Of a stretch of DNA of 9,751 nt, positions 1-8,133 are shown one piece after another. How positions within the stretch are numbered: position 1 is the first letter of the stretch; the number at the start of each line of letters is the position of its first letter. The DNA lies in the NCBI RefSeq assembly GCF_006345805.1, contig NW_021827782.1, forward strand, positions 1 to 9,751, in the 5' to 3' direction. This DNA comes from Octopus sinensis. Taxonomy: Eukaryota. The notes under the pieces are model-generated. The model had not been told where the DNA came from. It searched no databases and was given only the letters and a program-made list of their open reading frames with translations. The position numbers and the translations under genes were made by a program.

Positions 1-361
1 ATTATGCTCAATATATGCCTGACCGCCATTTTAATTTCAAATGAAACTCACGAACACAGAAACTGGCAACGAAGATATATTTGATAAAATTCTCTATGCA
101 AATTATCAGATGGTGACTATTTATAATTATAATAGCTTATATAAACTCTATGCATTTCGTTAAAGACTGGTTTTAACATTAGTTAGAAAACTAAAACATT
201 TCCTTGTTAGACCTTATTTTAGTTAATAACTACTATGTGTAGTAGCTGATAAGATAATGGAATCTAACACATGTTATAGGGTCTATCACTTGTTAGATAC
301 CAGAATTCACACTCATATGTACCTTGCTCTGAGTGTGTGTGTGCATACGCGTGCATACACT

Positions 362-365
362 CACA

Positions 366-413
<48 letters not shown>
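362..413 (+). repeat. (CA)n microsatellite
   Basis: Uninterrupted (AC)n from 369 to 413, preceded by short TG/CA-rich degenerate units. Confidence 0.97.
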
Positions 414-414
<1 letters not shown>

Positions 415-584
415 TCACAGAAAGGATGGGTGGACTTTGTTTACAAATGACAGAGTATTTAATATTATTTGTATTGTTTATATTTGTTGGAATTTTGCAT
501 CACATGCGTTTTACATGGAGACATTTGCATGTTGCTAGATTGAAAGCCTATGGCATTAAAATGTTAGTGTAGGGGCAGTACTTT

Positions 585-1631
585 AAAGTTAATGGAATTC
601 AGAAAGGGAAAAATCTCATTTATATAGAATGCTGTTTCCGTTTTATCGGACACAAATTTAAGGACTTGAATAAGACATTGTATGTGGTCTTCGTTGGATT
701 CACGAAGGCATTTGACACAGTAAAAACTACGGGACAGCAGCAGTTATTCGAAAGGTTTAGGAGTCTGATGATATATATTCGTATCGTTGTACGTCGGCAT
801 AAATGCACAGGTTACAGCTCTGCGTGACTTGATATTACAGTGAGAGTCAAGCAGGACAGGATGTTATTGCACACGTTCTTCTCGCATGATTTGACGGCAA
901 TAATTGAAGTGTCATTCTGTGACTCAACAGAAGACACAATCAGAAAGAACAGGCATGAAGTGCAGCATCTTGAAGCTAAGATCAAGGCCACATGTATATT
1001 ACTGAAAGATATATTATTTGTTGCTGATTGGGTCTGGTGCCCCATAGTGCAGAAGACGGGTGATTTTAACGGTGCAGACATAAATGGCGGCTTCAAAATT
1101 TTCGTCCTGAAAACTGAAATTTTGTGACAACCAAATCCTGACTCGAGTATAGTGTCTTAAACTGATTCGTCGTTATTGATTGACAGGAATAGGAACAGGG
1201 ACTGGTAAAGGTTAACCTCTTTATCTATTGGGGCAATTCATTAAGTAATACTCGTTGGATTAGTCACAAACTAGATTGTAAGATTTGCTAGGCAAGCTCA
1301 GTATTCGAAAATTTGATAAAGTGACTACTTTATCATTAAGTATATATTGTCTCAAGGGAAGTGCAGAATATGTTGAACAATGGTATTGTTCACCTAAATA
1401 TTATGAATAGGAGGCATATATTTTAGCGCATACAGAACATAGAATTGCTTATATTCATAATGAGACACCTGAAATAAATAATGAACATAACATAAAAAGA
1501 CAGAGTGAGGAACAACATCATCCTAGAGAAAGTCAGTCCTCCGAGCAATGAATAAATATTATTAGAACTGAACCTTTACTGGACTGGACATATCCAGATG
1601 ATGGGAAAAGAACTCAGGTATGTTATATACT
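585..1631 (+). mobile_element. Decayed RTE-clade LINE, reverse transcriptase and downstream region (part 1 of a split element)
   Basis: Hand translation from 663 gives DLNKTLYVVFVGFTKAFDTVK..QQLFERF (RTE-like LYxxFVDxTKAFDTV), a stop at 825-827, then VRVKQDRMLLHTFF (GVKQGCVLAPTLF-like), HLEAKIKATCILLKDILFVADW (degenerate LLFADD at ~1017-1031) and KTEIL*QPNP. A shifted frame from 1211 gives VNLFIYWGNSLS (FTYLGSTLS-like), KIC*ASSVFENL, MNRRHI, IT*KDRVRNNIILEK and LYWTGHIQMM (LRWAGHVxRM-like). Many stops and frameshifts. The 5' boundary is fuzzy and may extend to ~490. Confidence 0.88.
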
Positions 1632-1688
1632 TACATACATACATACACACAGATGGACAGATGGACAGATAGACAGACAGGTAGGCAG

Positions 1689-1728
<40 letters not shown>

Positions 1729-1740
1729 TGATAGATACAT
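1632..1740 (+). repeat. Compound microsatellite (TACA)-(GAYA/GACA)-(TA)-(GA)
   Basis: Directly visible successive tetra- and dinucleotide tracts. Confidence 0.93.
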
Positions 1741-1742
1741 TC

Positions 1743-1947
1743 ATTATTATTAGTTCGTCCGCCGTCGTCGACGATGAACAAGAGCCATCACATGGGAGAA
1801 GAAGACGGGGCACGGTGTGTGGATCTTTGGCCGATCAGTCCGATGCGTGCATGGAAGGCTCTGCAGCAAGTTGGGCACCGGTTGTCTGCTGAGACTGAAG
1901 GCGACGGGTTGGCTCTGCACTTTCGCAGTTCGCGTTTTCATTGTGTT
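1743..1947 (-). mobile_element. 5'-truncated RTE-clade LINE 3' end (C-terminal Cys/His motif, 3' UTR, (TAA)n tail)
   Basis: The minus strand reads Q*KRELRKCRANPSPSVSADNRCPTCCRAFHARIGLIGQRSTHR...PM* (CPTC at 1877-1866, stop at 1790-1788), matching the RTE C-terminal CPxCxRxFxARIGLxSHxRTH motif. It is followed by an RTE-type terminus ...catcgtcgacgacggcggacgaac and a tail taataataat (1752-1743). Confidence 0.85.
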
Positions 1948-2415
1948 CCTGAAATTATGTTCTGTTCGTAGGAGGTGGAAACTCTGGGAAACTGTGCACA
2001 GTTGTGCAAATCAGCTACCAAGCGGAAGATCATTGAACTACGCTGAACTATTGATAAATCTGCAGTTACTCTAACCAGATTACAAATTCAGGCTTACACT
2101 TGTAATTATTGGGGTACGGGGATATGTAACACACTGTCTAAATACCAATCTTGAGAAATTAGACTTCTCAAAATCTGAAAGGAGAAAGCTGATTCGAAGG
2201 CTACAGATCTAACTGCGAAAATCTGTGAAATTTGCCAGTAGTTAATCAATTAAGTTTATGTCTTGATATGCAGGAATACAAATCTGCAAGTGTACATGTA
2301 TACAAACAAGAATACCATGTTGTTCATGTTCAAATTCCAATGAAGAAGCCTTGGATCTAGGTTAGAAACCTGCTCTTTCTCTTTTGGAAAGAAATCTTGA
2401 AATAAATTGAATAAT
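1948..2415 (+). mobile_element. 5'-truncated RLE-type non-LTR retrotransposon 3' end (R4/Dong-like): restriction-like endonuclease remnant plus 3' UTR
   Basis: PEIMF (1948, PD motif-like), GKLCTVVQISYQAED (1986, xxVxD/EIxxP-like), then in another frame YAELLINLQLL*PDYKFRLTLVIIGVRGYVTHCLNTNLEKLDFSKSERRKLIRRLQI* (2039-2212, resembling the KY..L...PVIIGALG C-terminus of RLE elements). Unique sequence ~2240-2415 is taken as 3' UTR and ends in aataaattgaataatga just before (TACA)n. The RLE identity is more secure than the clade name. Confidence 0.7.
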
Positions 2416-2417
2416 GA

Positions 2418-3345
2418 TATACATACACGCATACATACATACATACATACATAAATACATACACGCATACATAGATGCATACACGCACACATGCATACAT
2501 GCACACATGCATACATGCACACATGCATGCACGCATACATAGATGCAAACATACATGCATTAACGCACATACTTATAGTCATAAATACATACTTACATAC
2601 AAGTATACATGCACACACATGCATACATACATACGCACGTACATGTATGCATGCATACATAAGGACATAAATACATACAAACATATATACATAAATTTAT
2701 ACATACAAGCATGCATAAATACACACATACATACATGCATACATACATACACACATAAATGCATACACGCACACATACATACATACATACATACATACAT
2801 ACATACATACAATTATACATACATACATACATACATACATACATACATACATACATACATACATACAATTATACATGCATACATACATACATACATACAC
2901 ACATACACACATACATACATACATACATACATACATACATACATACATACATACATACATACATACATACATAAATACATACATACATACATACATACAT
3001 ACATACAATTATACATGCATACATACATACATACATACATACATACATACAGACAGACAGACATGCAGACATACATACATACATACATACATACATACAT
3101 ACATACATACATAACATACATACAGACATAAATACATACAATACATACATACATAATACATACAATTATACATGCATACATACATACATACATACATACA
3201 TACATACAATTATACATGCAACATACATACATACATACATACATACATACATTACATACATAAATATACATAAAACATAAATTACATACATACATACTAC
3301 AACATACATAACATACATACATACATACATACATACATACATACT
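2418..3345 (+). repeat. Long (TACA)n tetranucleotide array with variant units
   Basis: About 930 bp of TACA with TGCA, CACA, TAAA, GACA and CAATTA variants. It is degenerate at 2418-2770 and purest at 2775-3110. It is the source of the HTYI/MYVC ORFs. Confidence 0.97.
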
Positions 3346-3352
3346 CATAGTC

Positions 3353-3560
3353 TACTCGGAGTCTTCTGGTGTTGCAAAGCATCAGAGCAGACCTCAAGTG
3401 GAATATAAGAATGTGACAAAAAATAACAAGAAAATATCAGACATCGGCAGTTGGACTACAGCAGCAGACGATAGAAAACAGAGGAGCTGACTAGCTCTCT
3501 TCTAAAACAATTCGCAACACTTCATATCACTGCCGAATATCGCTGGACTGCTTTTGGCAA
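3353..3560 (+). mobile_element. Decayed RTE-clade LINE, C-terminal continuation (part 2 of the split element)
   Basis: A stop-free 45-codon frame at 3353-3487 reads YSESSGVAKHQSRPQVEYKNVTKNNKKISDIGSWTTAADDRKQRS, matching the RTE segment LYGEL..G.R..GRP..RYKD..K..(L/M)K...I....WE..A.DR..WR that normally follows WAGHVxRM. A weak YHCRI (3523-3537) may be a remnant of the terminal Cys motif. Confidence 0.75.
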
Positions 3561-3607
3561 GGATGTTAAAATATTTTTTTTTGTATTATTTCAGCGGTTT
3601 CAAAACT

Positions 3608-3760
3608 AATTTATTGATTATATCGACCTCAATACTTTCACGGAACTTATTTTCATAAATATAAGAATGGCAATTATCCCCATCACACGAAGAGACGTTT
3701 CCGCGGTTTCTTGACCTGCTAGAAATATCAGTCAAATTTTCTTCGAATTACATTCTTAAA
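3608..3760 (-). mobile_element. Highly decayed SINE-like or interspersed repeat fragments
   Basis: ttgattatatcgacctcaatactttcacggaacttatttt (~3613-3652) resembles the reverse complement of the central part of the SINE at 8134-8345. ttcttgacctgctagaaatatcagtcaaatt (~3708-3738) looks like a recurrent octopus repeat from memory only. Confidence 0.35.
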
Positions 3761-3870
3761 ATGATTCATAGGATGGTAGAGACGTGGATACACTGACCAA
3801 ACATTATATAAAATTTGGAATTGTCAATGTAGGCATGTCTTTAGCAATAAATATATTATCACTACTAACT

Positions 3871-3948
3871 GATGATGATGATGATGATGATGACGACGAC
3901 GACGATGATGACGACGATGACGACGATGATGAAGCCGATGATGATGAT
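3871..3948 (+). repeat. (GAT/GAC)n trinucleotide microsatellite
   Basis: Directly visible; explains the poly-Asp run of ORF 3784-4140. Confidence 0.96.
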
Positions 3949-3974
3949 AGCTATTCCGGCGTAATGATTGTCGT

Positions 3975-4257
3975 TGGCATCATTACAATTGCCGTTGCCA
4001 TCCTCATCTTACCTTATTCTTACTCTTCCTCCAACTCAACATCCACCTTCTCATTCTCATCCACGTGCGCATCCTCCTACGTCTCTTCACCATCACCACC
4101 ACCACCACCACCTAAACTTTTATCAGCTTCCACTAAATAACAATCACTATCATCAGCACCACTATCGTCACAATCGTTATCACGAACACCGCCGCCATTA
4201 CTGCTACGAACATCATCATCATAATTACCATCTTCAAATTCATCGACTCCTCCGCTA
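3975..4257 (+). repeat. Cryptically simple (CAT/CAC/CCT/CAA) trinucleotide low-complexity tract
   Basis: Period-3 degenerate repeats including (CAC)n at ~4088-4111; very G-poor. Confidence 0.85.
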
Positions 4258-4654
4258 ACACCCGTGTAATCAGCAGTATTAACATTATCGTGGGTAATAC
4301 CGTGTGCATCAGTTCGTTAATCCTTTCGTCTACACACGCGTAATGAAGTAACCTGTATTAGATATATACACACAGACACACAGTGAGAGAAAGACGGAGA
4401 GAGAAAGAGAGAGATGAAGAGAGACATTCAAATTTATCTACATTACATCTATTCAAATACCCTTATAATGACAACCCGCAAACTACAAATTCTAATCTTT
4501 CTTGTTAGCACATTACTACATCAAATTCTTTGCCATGTACCCTCACTTATCCACACATGCTCCACTAATACACACAAGCGTAAATTCATTAACACATGCA
4601 GTTACAGATATGTACGCAACATCTCTCACTTTGTGTGGGTGTTCGCACGCGCGA

Positions 4655-4940
4655 GAAGTCGCGTGGCCTGGTGGTTAGCGTGTTGCACTTACGATCGCAA
4701 AATCGAGGTTTCAATTCGTGGACCGGGTTCTGCGTTGAGTTCTTGAGCAAAGCACTTCATCTCACGTTGCTCTGCGATCAGCCTAACCCTAACCTGACGC
4801 GTTGTACACTTGTGCAGCTATTCAGACAACGTCGATTTGATGTGAGCTAACGTACACCACACACACATTTCGTTACTGTAAACAAATCATTTGTGCAGAC
4901 TGAGAACAAACATATGTCGTCTTCGACGGGAGAATCCTTC
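4655..4940 (+). mobile_element. tRNA-derived SINE with CORE-like central segment
   Basis: Pol III A-box TGGCCTGGTGG (4664-4674) and degenerate B-box GGTTTCAATTC (4707-4717). Then gttcttgagcaaagcacttcatctcacgttgctc (~4739-4772), resembling the CORE-SINE consensus (TGTCCTTGGGCAAG.CACTT.A.C.CA..TTGCTC). A unique 3' part ends at ~4940 in a (TA)/(TATG) tract. Probably related to the octopus OR-type SINEs; not verified. Confidence 0.82.
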
Positions 4941-5013
4941 ATATATGTATGTATATATATATATATATACATACATGTACACAGGGAGGAGATAGATAGA
5001 CAGACAGACAGAC
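4941..5013 (+). repeat. Compound microsatellite (TA)-(TACA)-(GATA/GACA)
   Basis: Directly visible. Confidence 0.88.
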
Positions 5014-5231
5014 AATATACAAGTAGCTTTTGTTAGCTGATGTTATGTATTAGGCATGAAGTATGAGTTTCCAGTTAGGCTTACCACTAAAACTCCGGTT
5101 TGAACTGCGACAGAAGTGTGATGTTGAAGTTGCCTATCAGAGGTGGATAGAAGTGTTTCTTCCTTGAGCGGATATCGATTAAAGTAAAAATGGAAAGGCA
5201 AAGCGTTTGGTATTACTTGAAAAGAACATTT

Positions 5232-5266
5232 AATTTAGATAGAGAACTAAATTCTCTATCTAAATT
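5232..5266. repeat. Perfect inverted repeat, 15-bp stem and 5-nt loop
   Basis: aatttagatagagaa (5232-5246), loop ctaaa, ttctctatctaaatt (5252-5266); the arms are exact reverse complements. Confidence 0.95.
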
Positions 5267-5342
5267 GTTGGTTCCAAATGATGCAAAGCGGTTCGCTTTT
5301 TCATCTTTACTTTTAATCTATCTATCTATATGTCTGTGCGCA

Positions 5343-5575
5343 CGCTCTTACTCTGCTTTGTTCTAAGGAGTAAGATCTTAGTTCTTTCAAATTTTCCCGG
5401 TGCTCATCTGTTTATCAGGCAATTTCTTTGTTTCGTAACATTGGACTGGCTTGGTATCCTCAGTTAGTTTAAAATATGTTGCAACTCCAGATGAAAACAA
5501 TGTATACGTTTCCTATTTGATGATAATATCACATCAAAATCCGGCATTCTGCCGTACTCTGGGTCTTGTTCACCT
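5343..5575 (-). mobile_element. Probable decayed CR1/L2-group LINE ORF2 C-terminal fragment
   Basis: Minus-strand pieces HCFHL.., KLTEDTKPVQCYETKKLP (5470-5417) and ENLKELRSYSLEQSRVRA (5396-5343) follow the order of the CR1-type motifs DYCSxxWSP...LExVQRxxTKxI...ERLxxLxLYSLERRR. Strongly diverged and frameshifted. Confidence 0.5.
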
Positions 5576-5672
5576 TTAAATATACAACTAACAATTAACA
5601 ATAATATACCCTGCAAAGATGCACGATGTCATCCGCCTAGTTAGAACTTTAATTTGTGTATGTTCGTCTTTG

Positions 5673-5780
5673 AATGTATGTATGTATGTATGTATGTATG
5701 TATGTATGTATGTATGTATGTATGTATGTATGTATGTATGTATTTATGTATGTATGTATGTATGCATGCATGTATGTATG

Positions 5781-5814
<34 letters not shown>

Positions 5815-6030
5815 TGTATGTATGTATTTATGTATGTATGTATATATGTATGTATGTATTTATGTATGAATGTGTGTATTCATGCATTCATCTATGTATG
5901 TACGAATGTATGTATATATGAATGTATGCATGTATATAGATATGTATGTATGTATATTTATATATTTTATATACAAATATGGCTATGCATATATGTGCGA
6001 GTATACATATGTATATACACATACGCACAA

Positions 6031-6062
<32 letters not shown>

Positions 6063-6209
6063 GTAATATATATATATGCATACACAGATGCGCGCACATA
6101 TACTCCCATATAATGCATATCTTTCTTTAAATATATATATGTATGAATATATGTTTTGTATATGTACGTATTTGTATGTATTTATGTGTATGTATTATAT
6201 ATATATATA

Positions 6210-6251
<42 letters not shown>

Positions 6252-6292
6252 TGTGTGTGTGTGTGTGTGTGGTGTGTATGTGTGGTGTGGGT
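5673..6292 (+). repeat. (TATG)n array grading into (TA)n, (CA)n and (TG)n compound microsatellite
   Basis: (TATG)n 5673-~5955, mixed TA/CA ~5955-6210, (TG)n with TGG interruptions ~6214-6290. Confidence 0.95.
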
Positions 6293-6324
6293 ACGTCCCC
6301 CGCAGATTTATTTCTATCCATACC

Positions 6325-6362
6325 TTCTCATCAGGTTACCTCTAGCGGTAACCTGATGAGAA
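6325..6362. repeat. Perfect inverted repeat, 16-bp stem and 6-nt loop
   Basis: ttctcatcaggttacc (6325-6340), loop tctagc, ggtaacctgatgagaa (6347-6362); the arms are exact reverse complements. Confidence 0.95.
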
Positions 6363-6595
6363 CTAAAAATAAGACACGGAGAGAGAGAAAAAAAAAACAT
6401 AAAAAAATGAACAACATCGACAGTGACAACAACAAAGGGAGCAACAAAAATATAATTAAGCAAAAGTATTACATGGTGCAATTCGTGTCCAGTTTGAAGA
6501 AAATTCTTTCAACTCAGGTGATCTTACTTAGGAGCCCTCCCAGGTATGTAGGGTCTTAGAAAATCCCACAAAGAAAGCGAAAGAAACAATAGTAA

Positions 6596-6670
6596 CCCCC
6601 ACCTACCCCCACCCGCTCGCGCCCTCACACACACGCAACCACCCACGCCCACATACCCCAACTCCCACCC
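6596..6670 (-). other. Two tandem canonical G-quadruplex motifs on the minus strand (i-motif potential on plus)
   Basis: Plus-strand C tracts at 6596-6600, 6606-6610, 6612-6614 and 6622-6624 (loops 5, 1, 7), and at 6642-6644, 6648-6650, 6656-6659, 6664-6666 and 6668-6670 (loops 3, 5, 4, 1). Both sets fit G3+N1-7 x4. This is a motif only; folding is not shown. Confidence 0.6.
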
Positions 6671-6769
6671 ACGAAAGTAAAATAAATGAAATGAAAGAAA
6701 AATTATATATGACGATAAAATATATGAAGAAATCCGCTACACACACACTTTATATTTGTAGATTTTAAA

Positions 6770-7013
6770 AAATGTATATATATATATATATATATATGTA
6801 CATATATATATGTATATATATTTATATATATATGTATATATATGTATATATACATACAAACACACATATATATATCTATATACGTGCATATATATATATA
6901 TACGCACACACACAACACACACACCACACATATATATATATATATACCTAAGTGTTTGTGTGTATGTGTGCCTTTGTGTGTGTCTATGTGTGTGTGTGTG
7001 TGTATGTGCGTGT
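6770..7013 (+). repeat. Compound (TA)n/(CA)n/(TG)n microsatellite
   Basis: Directly visible. Confidence 0.93.
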
Positions 7014-7169
7014 ATCAAAGATAAAGTGGGAATGTTCTTTTTTTAGTGTACGAGTTCGGGGCGGTAGCTATGGACTTTATTATTGTTGTTGTTGTTTTAG
7101 ATGTCTAAGGCTTAATGACGCAGCAGCAGGCGTTTTGGCACAAGGGACGGATTAAAGTATTATTCTAGA

Positions 7170-7545
7170 GGCATGGGGGTGTGAGGTGGTAGTTAGTGGT
7201 GGTGGTGGTGGTGTTGGTGCAGGACGGTGAGGGGTGAAATTGGAGAGGATATTGGAGGTAGAGACGGTGGCGGGGACTGTCAGTTTAGTTTTGCTACAGG
7301 TGATAGCAGCTGTAGGTGTGTTGGTGATAGTAATTAAGGATGGTATTGGTGGTAGTATAGTTGCTGGTGGTAGTTTTAGTGGTTATGATACTGTTGTTAG
7401 TATGGATACTGTTGCTATTGATAGTGATCCTGATGGTAGTTGTGTTGTTGTTGTTGTTAGTGGTGGTGGTGGCCGTCGTGGTGGTCATGGTGGTACTGTC
7501 GCCGTCGTCGCCATCGTCACCACCGTCATCATTGTTGTGAGATGA
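7170..7545 (+). repeat. Cryptically simple (GGT/GTT/GAT/GTC) trinucleotide low-complexity tract
   Basis: Period-3 degenerate repeats such as (GGT)n at ~7197-7212 and (GTT)n at ~7444-7458; explains the V/G-rich and T/N-rich ORFs. Confidence 0.85.
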
Positions 7546-7594
7546 TGGGAGTTGTAACTGAGAGTGTTAAGTGCGCGTGTTCGCAGCAGTGATA

Positions 7595-8133
7595 GTGTTG
7601 GAGATAGACAACACGTCGCTATACATTATTGTAATCTATGTTCGAAACCGACCCTTCTTAAGACAGTCGTGGTGTATTTATAGACGATCTTGTCGAAGTC
7701 TAAATTGATCTGAACCCCATCAAAGTGATATTTAGTCCTAATCTGCTTTTCAACAACCGCATTAAATGGGGGTTGTTATGCATAAATCTGCCGAATATCT
7801 CATGGTTTTGTGCACTTCTCTCACAACACTGCAAATGACGCTTGTCGAGTTTGTTTTTTTTGAGGTCCCTTTTTTTCGAAAACTTTTAGTCATTCAAAAT
7901 ATTATGGACCTAAAATTATTTTTTACCTCCCTCGTTTTCGAACGCTTCTCAGCAGCATCACCACATTTTGGTTCATAAATTGGGAATGAATCCAGTCCGC
8001 TGCCAGTCGTGGTAATGCCAAGATAGAAGTGAACATATCTGTCATGTCAATCAAGAGTTCCGATGGCAGACCATCCGGTCCAGAGGATTTCTTCTGGTAC
8101 AAACAATTCATATATCCATTATCTCAGCAGCTA
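7595..8133 (-). mobile_element. Decayed L1/Tx1-clade LINE ORF2, RT N-terminal part (downstream of the SINE insertion)
   Basis: Minus strand: KSSGPDGLP (8090-8064; KSPGxDGLP motif), NVVMLLR, NNFRSI (xxYRPIxLLN-like), GRFMHNNPHLMR (7792-7757; GRxIxDNxxLxR), INLDFDK (7709-7689; xLDxxKAFDRV with a small deletion), VLRRVGF and IMYSD. Multiple frameshifts. Confidence 0.82.

Noticed and set aside
585-1947. The plus-strand RTE body and minus-strand RTE 3' end as one twin-primed (5'-inverted) insertion
   Set aside because: The geometry is wrong: the body lies beyond the tail rather than upstream of it. The plus-strand element has its own continuation at 3353, and the minus-strand piece looks less decayed and retains CpGs.
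2256-3397. Many long ORFs (up to 218 aa) on both strands with HTYI/MYVC repeats; the same at 5619-6356, 6703-7046 and 9373-9651
   Set aside because: They are translations of (TACA)n, (TATG)n, (TA)n and (CA)n, which lack stops in several frames. There is no coding complexity.
3784-4258. ORFs with poly-Asp, poly-Pro and poly-His runs flanked by hydrophobic stretches
   Set aside because: They are fully explained by the (GAT/GAC)n and (CAC/CAT)n tracts; no domain motif or credible exon structure.
4655-4730. tRNA gene (also 8134-8225)
   Set aside because: A and B boxes are present, but I cannot fold a complete cloverleaf with an acceptor stem, and both continue into SINE body sequence.
4782-4794. 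Telomere-like cctaaccctaacc inside the SINE
   Set aside because: Only about two units; too short to distinguish from a chance local duplication.
6290-6400. Hammerhead ribozyme suggested by CTGATGA directly after a stem, on both strands, with a GAAA 13 nt downstream on the minus strand
   Set aside because: No pairable stem II lies between CUGAUGA and GAAA, the would-be cleavage triplet is CAG rather than NUH, and no stem III can form.
6493-6549. Possible micro-exon (ccag acceptor at 6489-6492, CAG|GTATGT donor at 6541-6549); a similar donor at 1615-1623
   Set aside because: The polypyrimidine tract is weak, the only open frame (LKKILSTQVILLRSPP) has no recognisable similarity, and the 1615 site is inside the RTE remnant. 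RNA-seq junction reads would be needed.
7234-7545. Val/Gly-rich 103-aa ORF that resembles a membrane protein
   Set aside because: It is a translation of the degenerate (GGT/GTT) trinucleotide tract.
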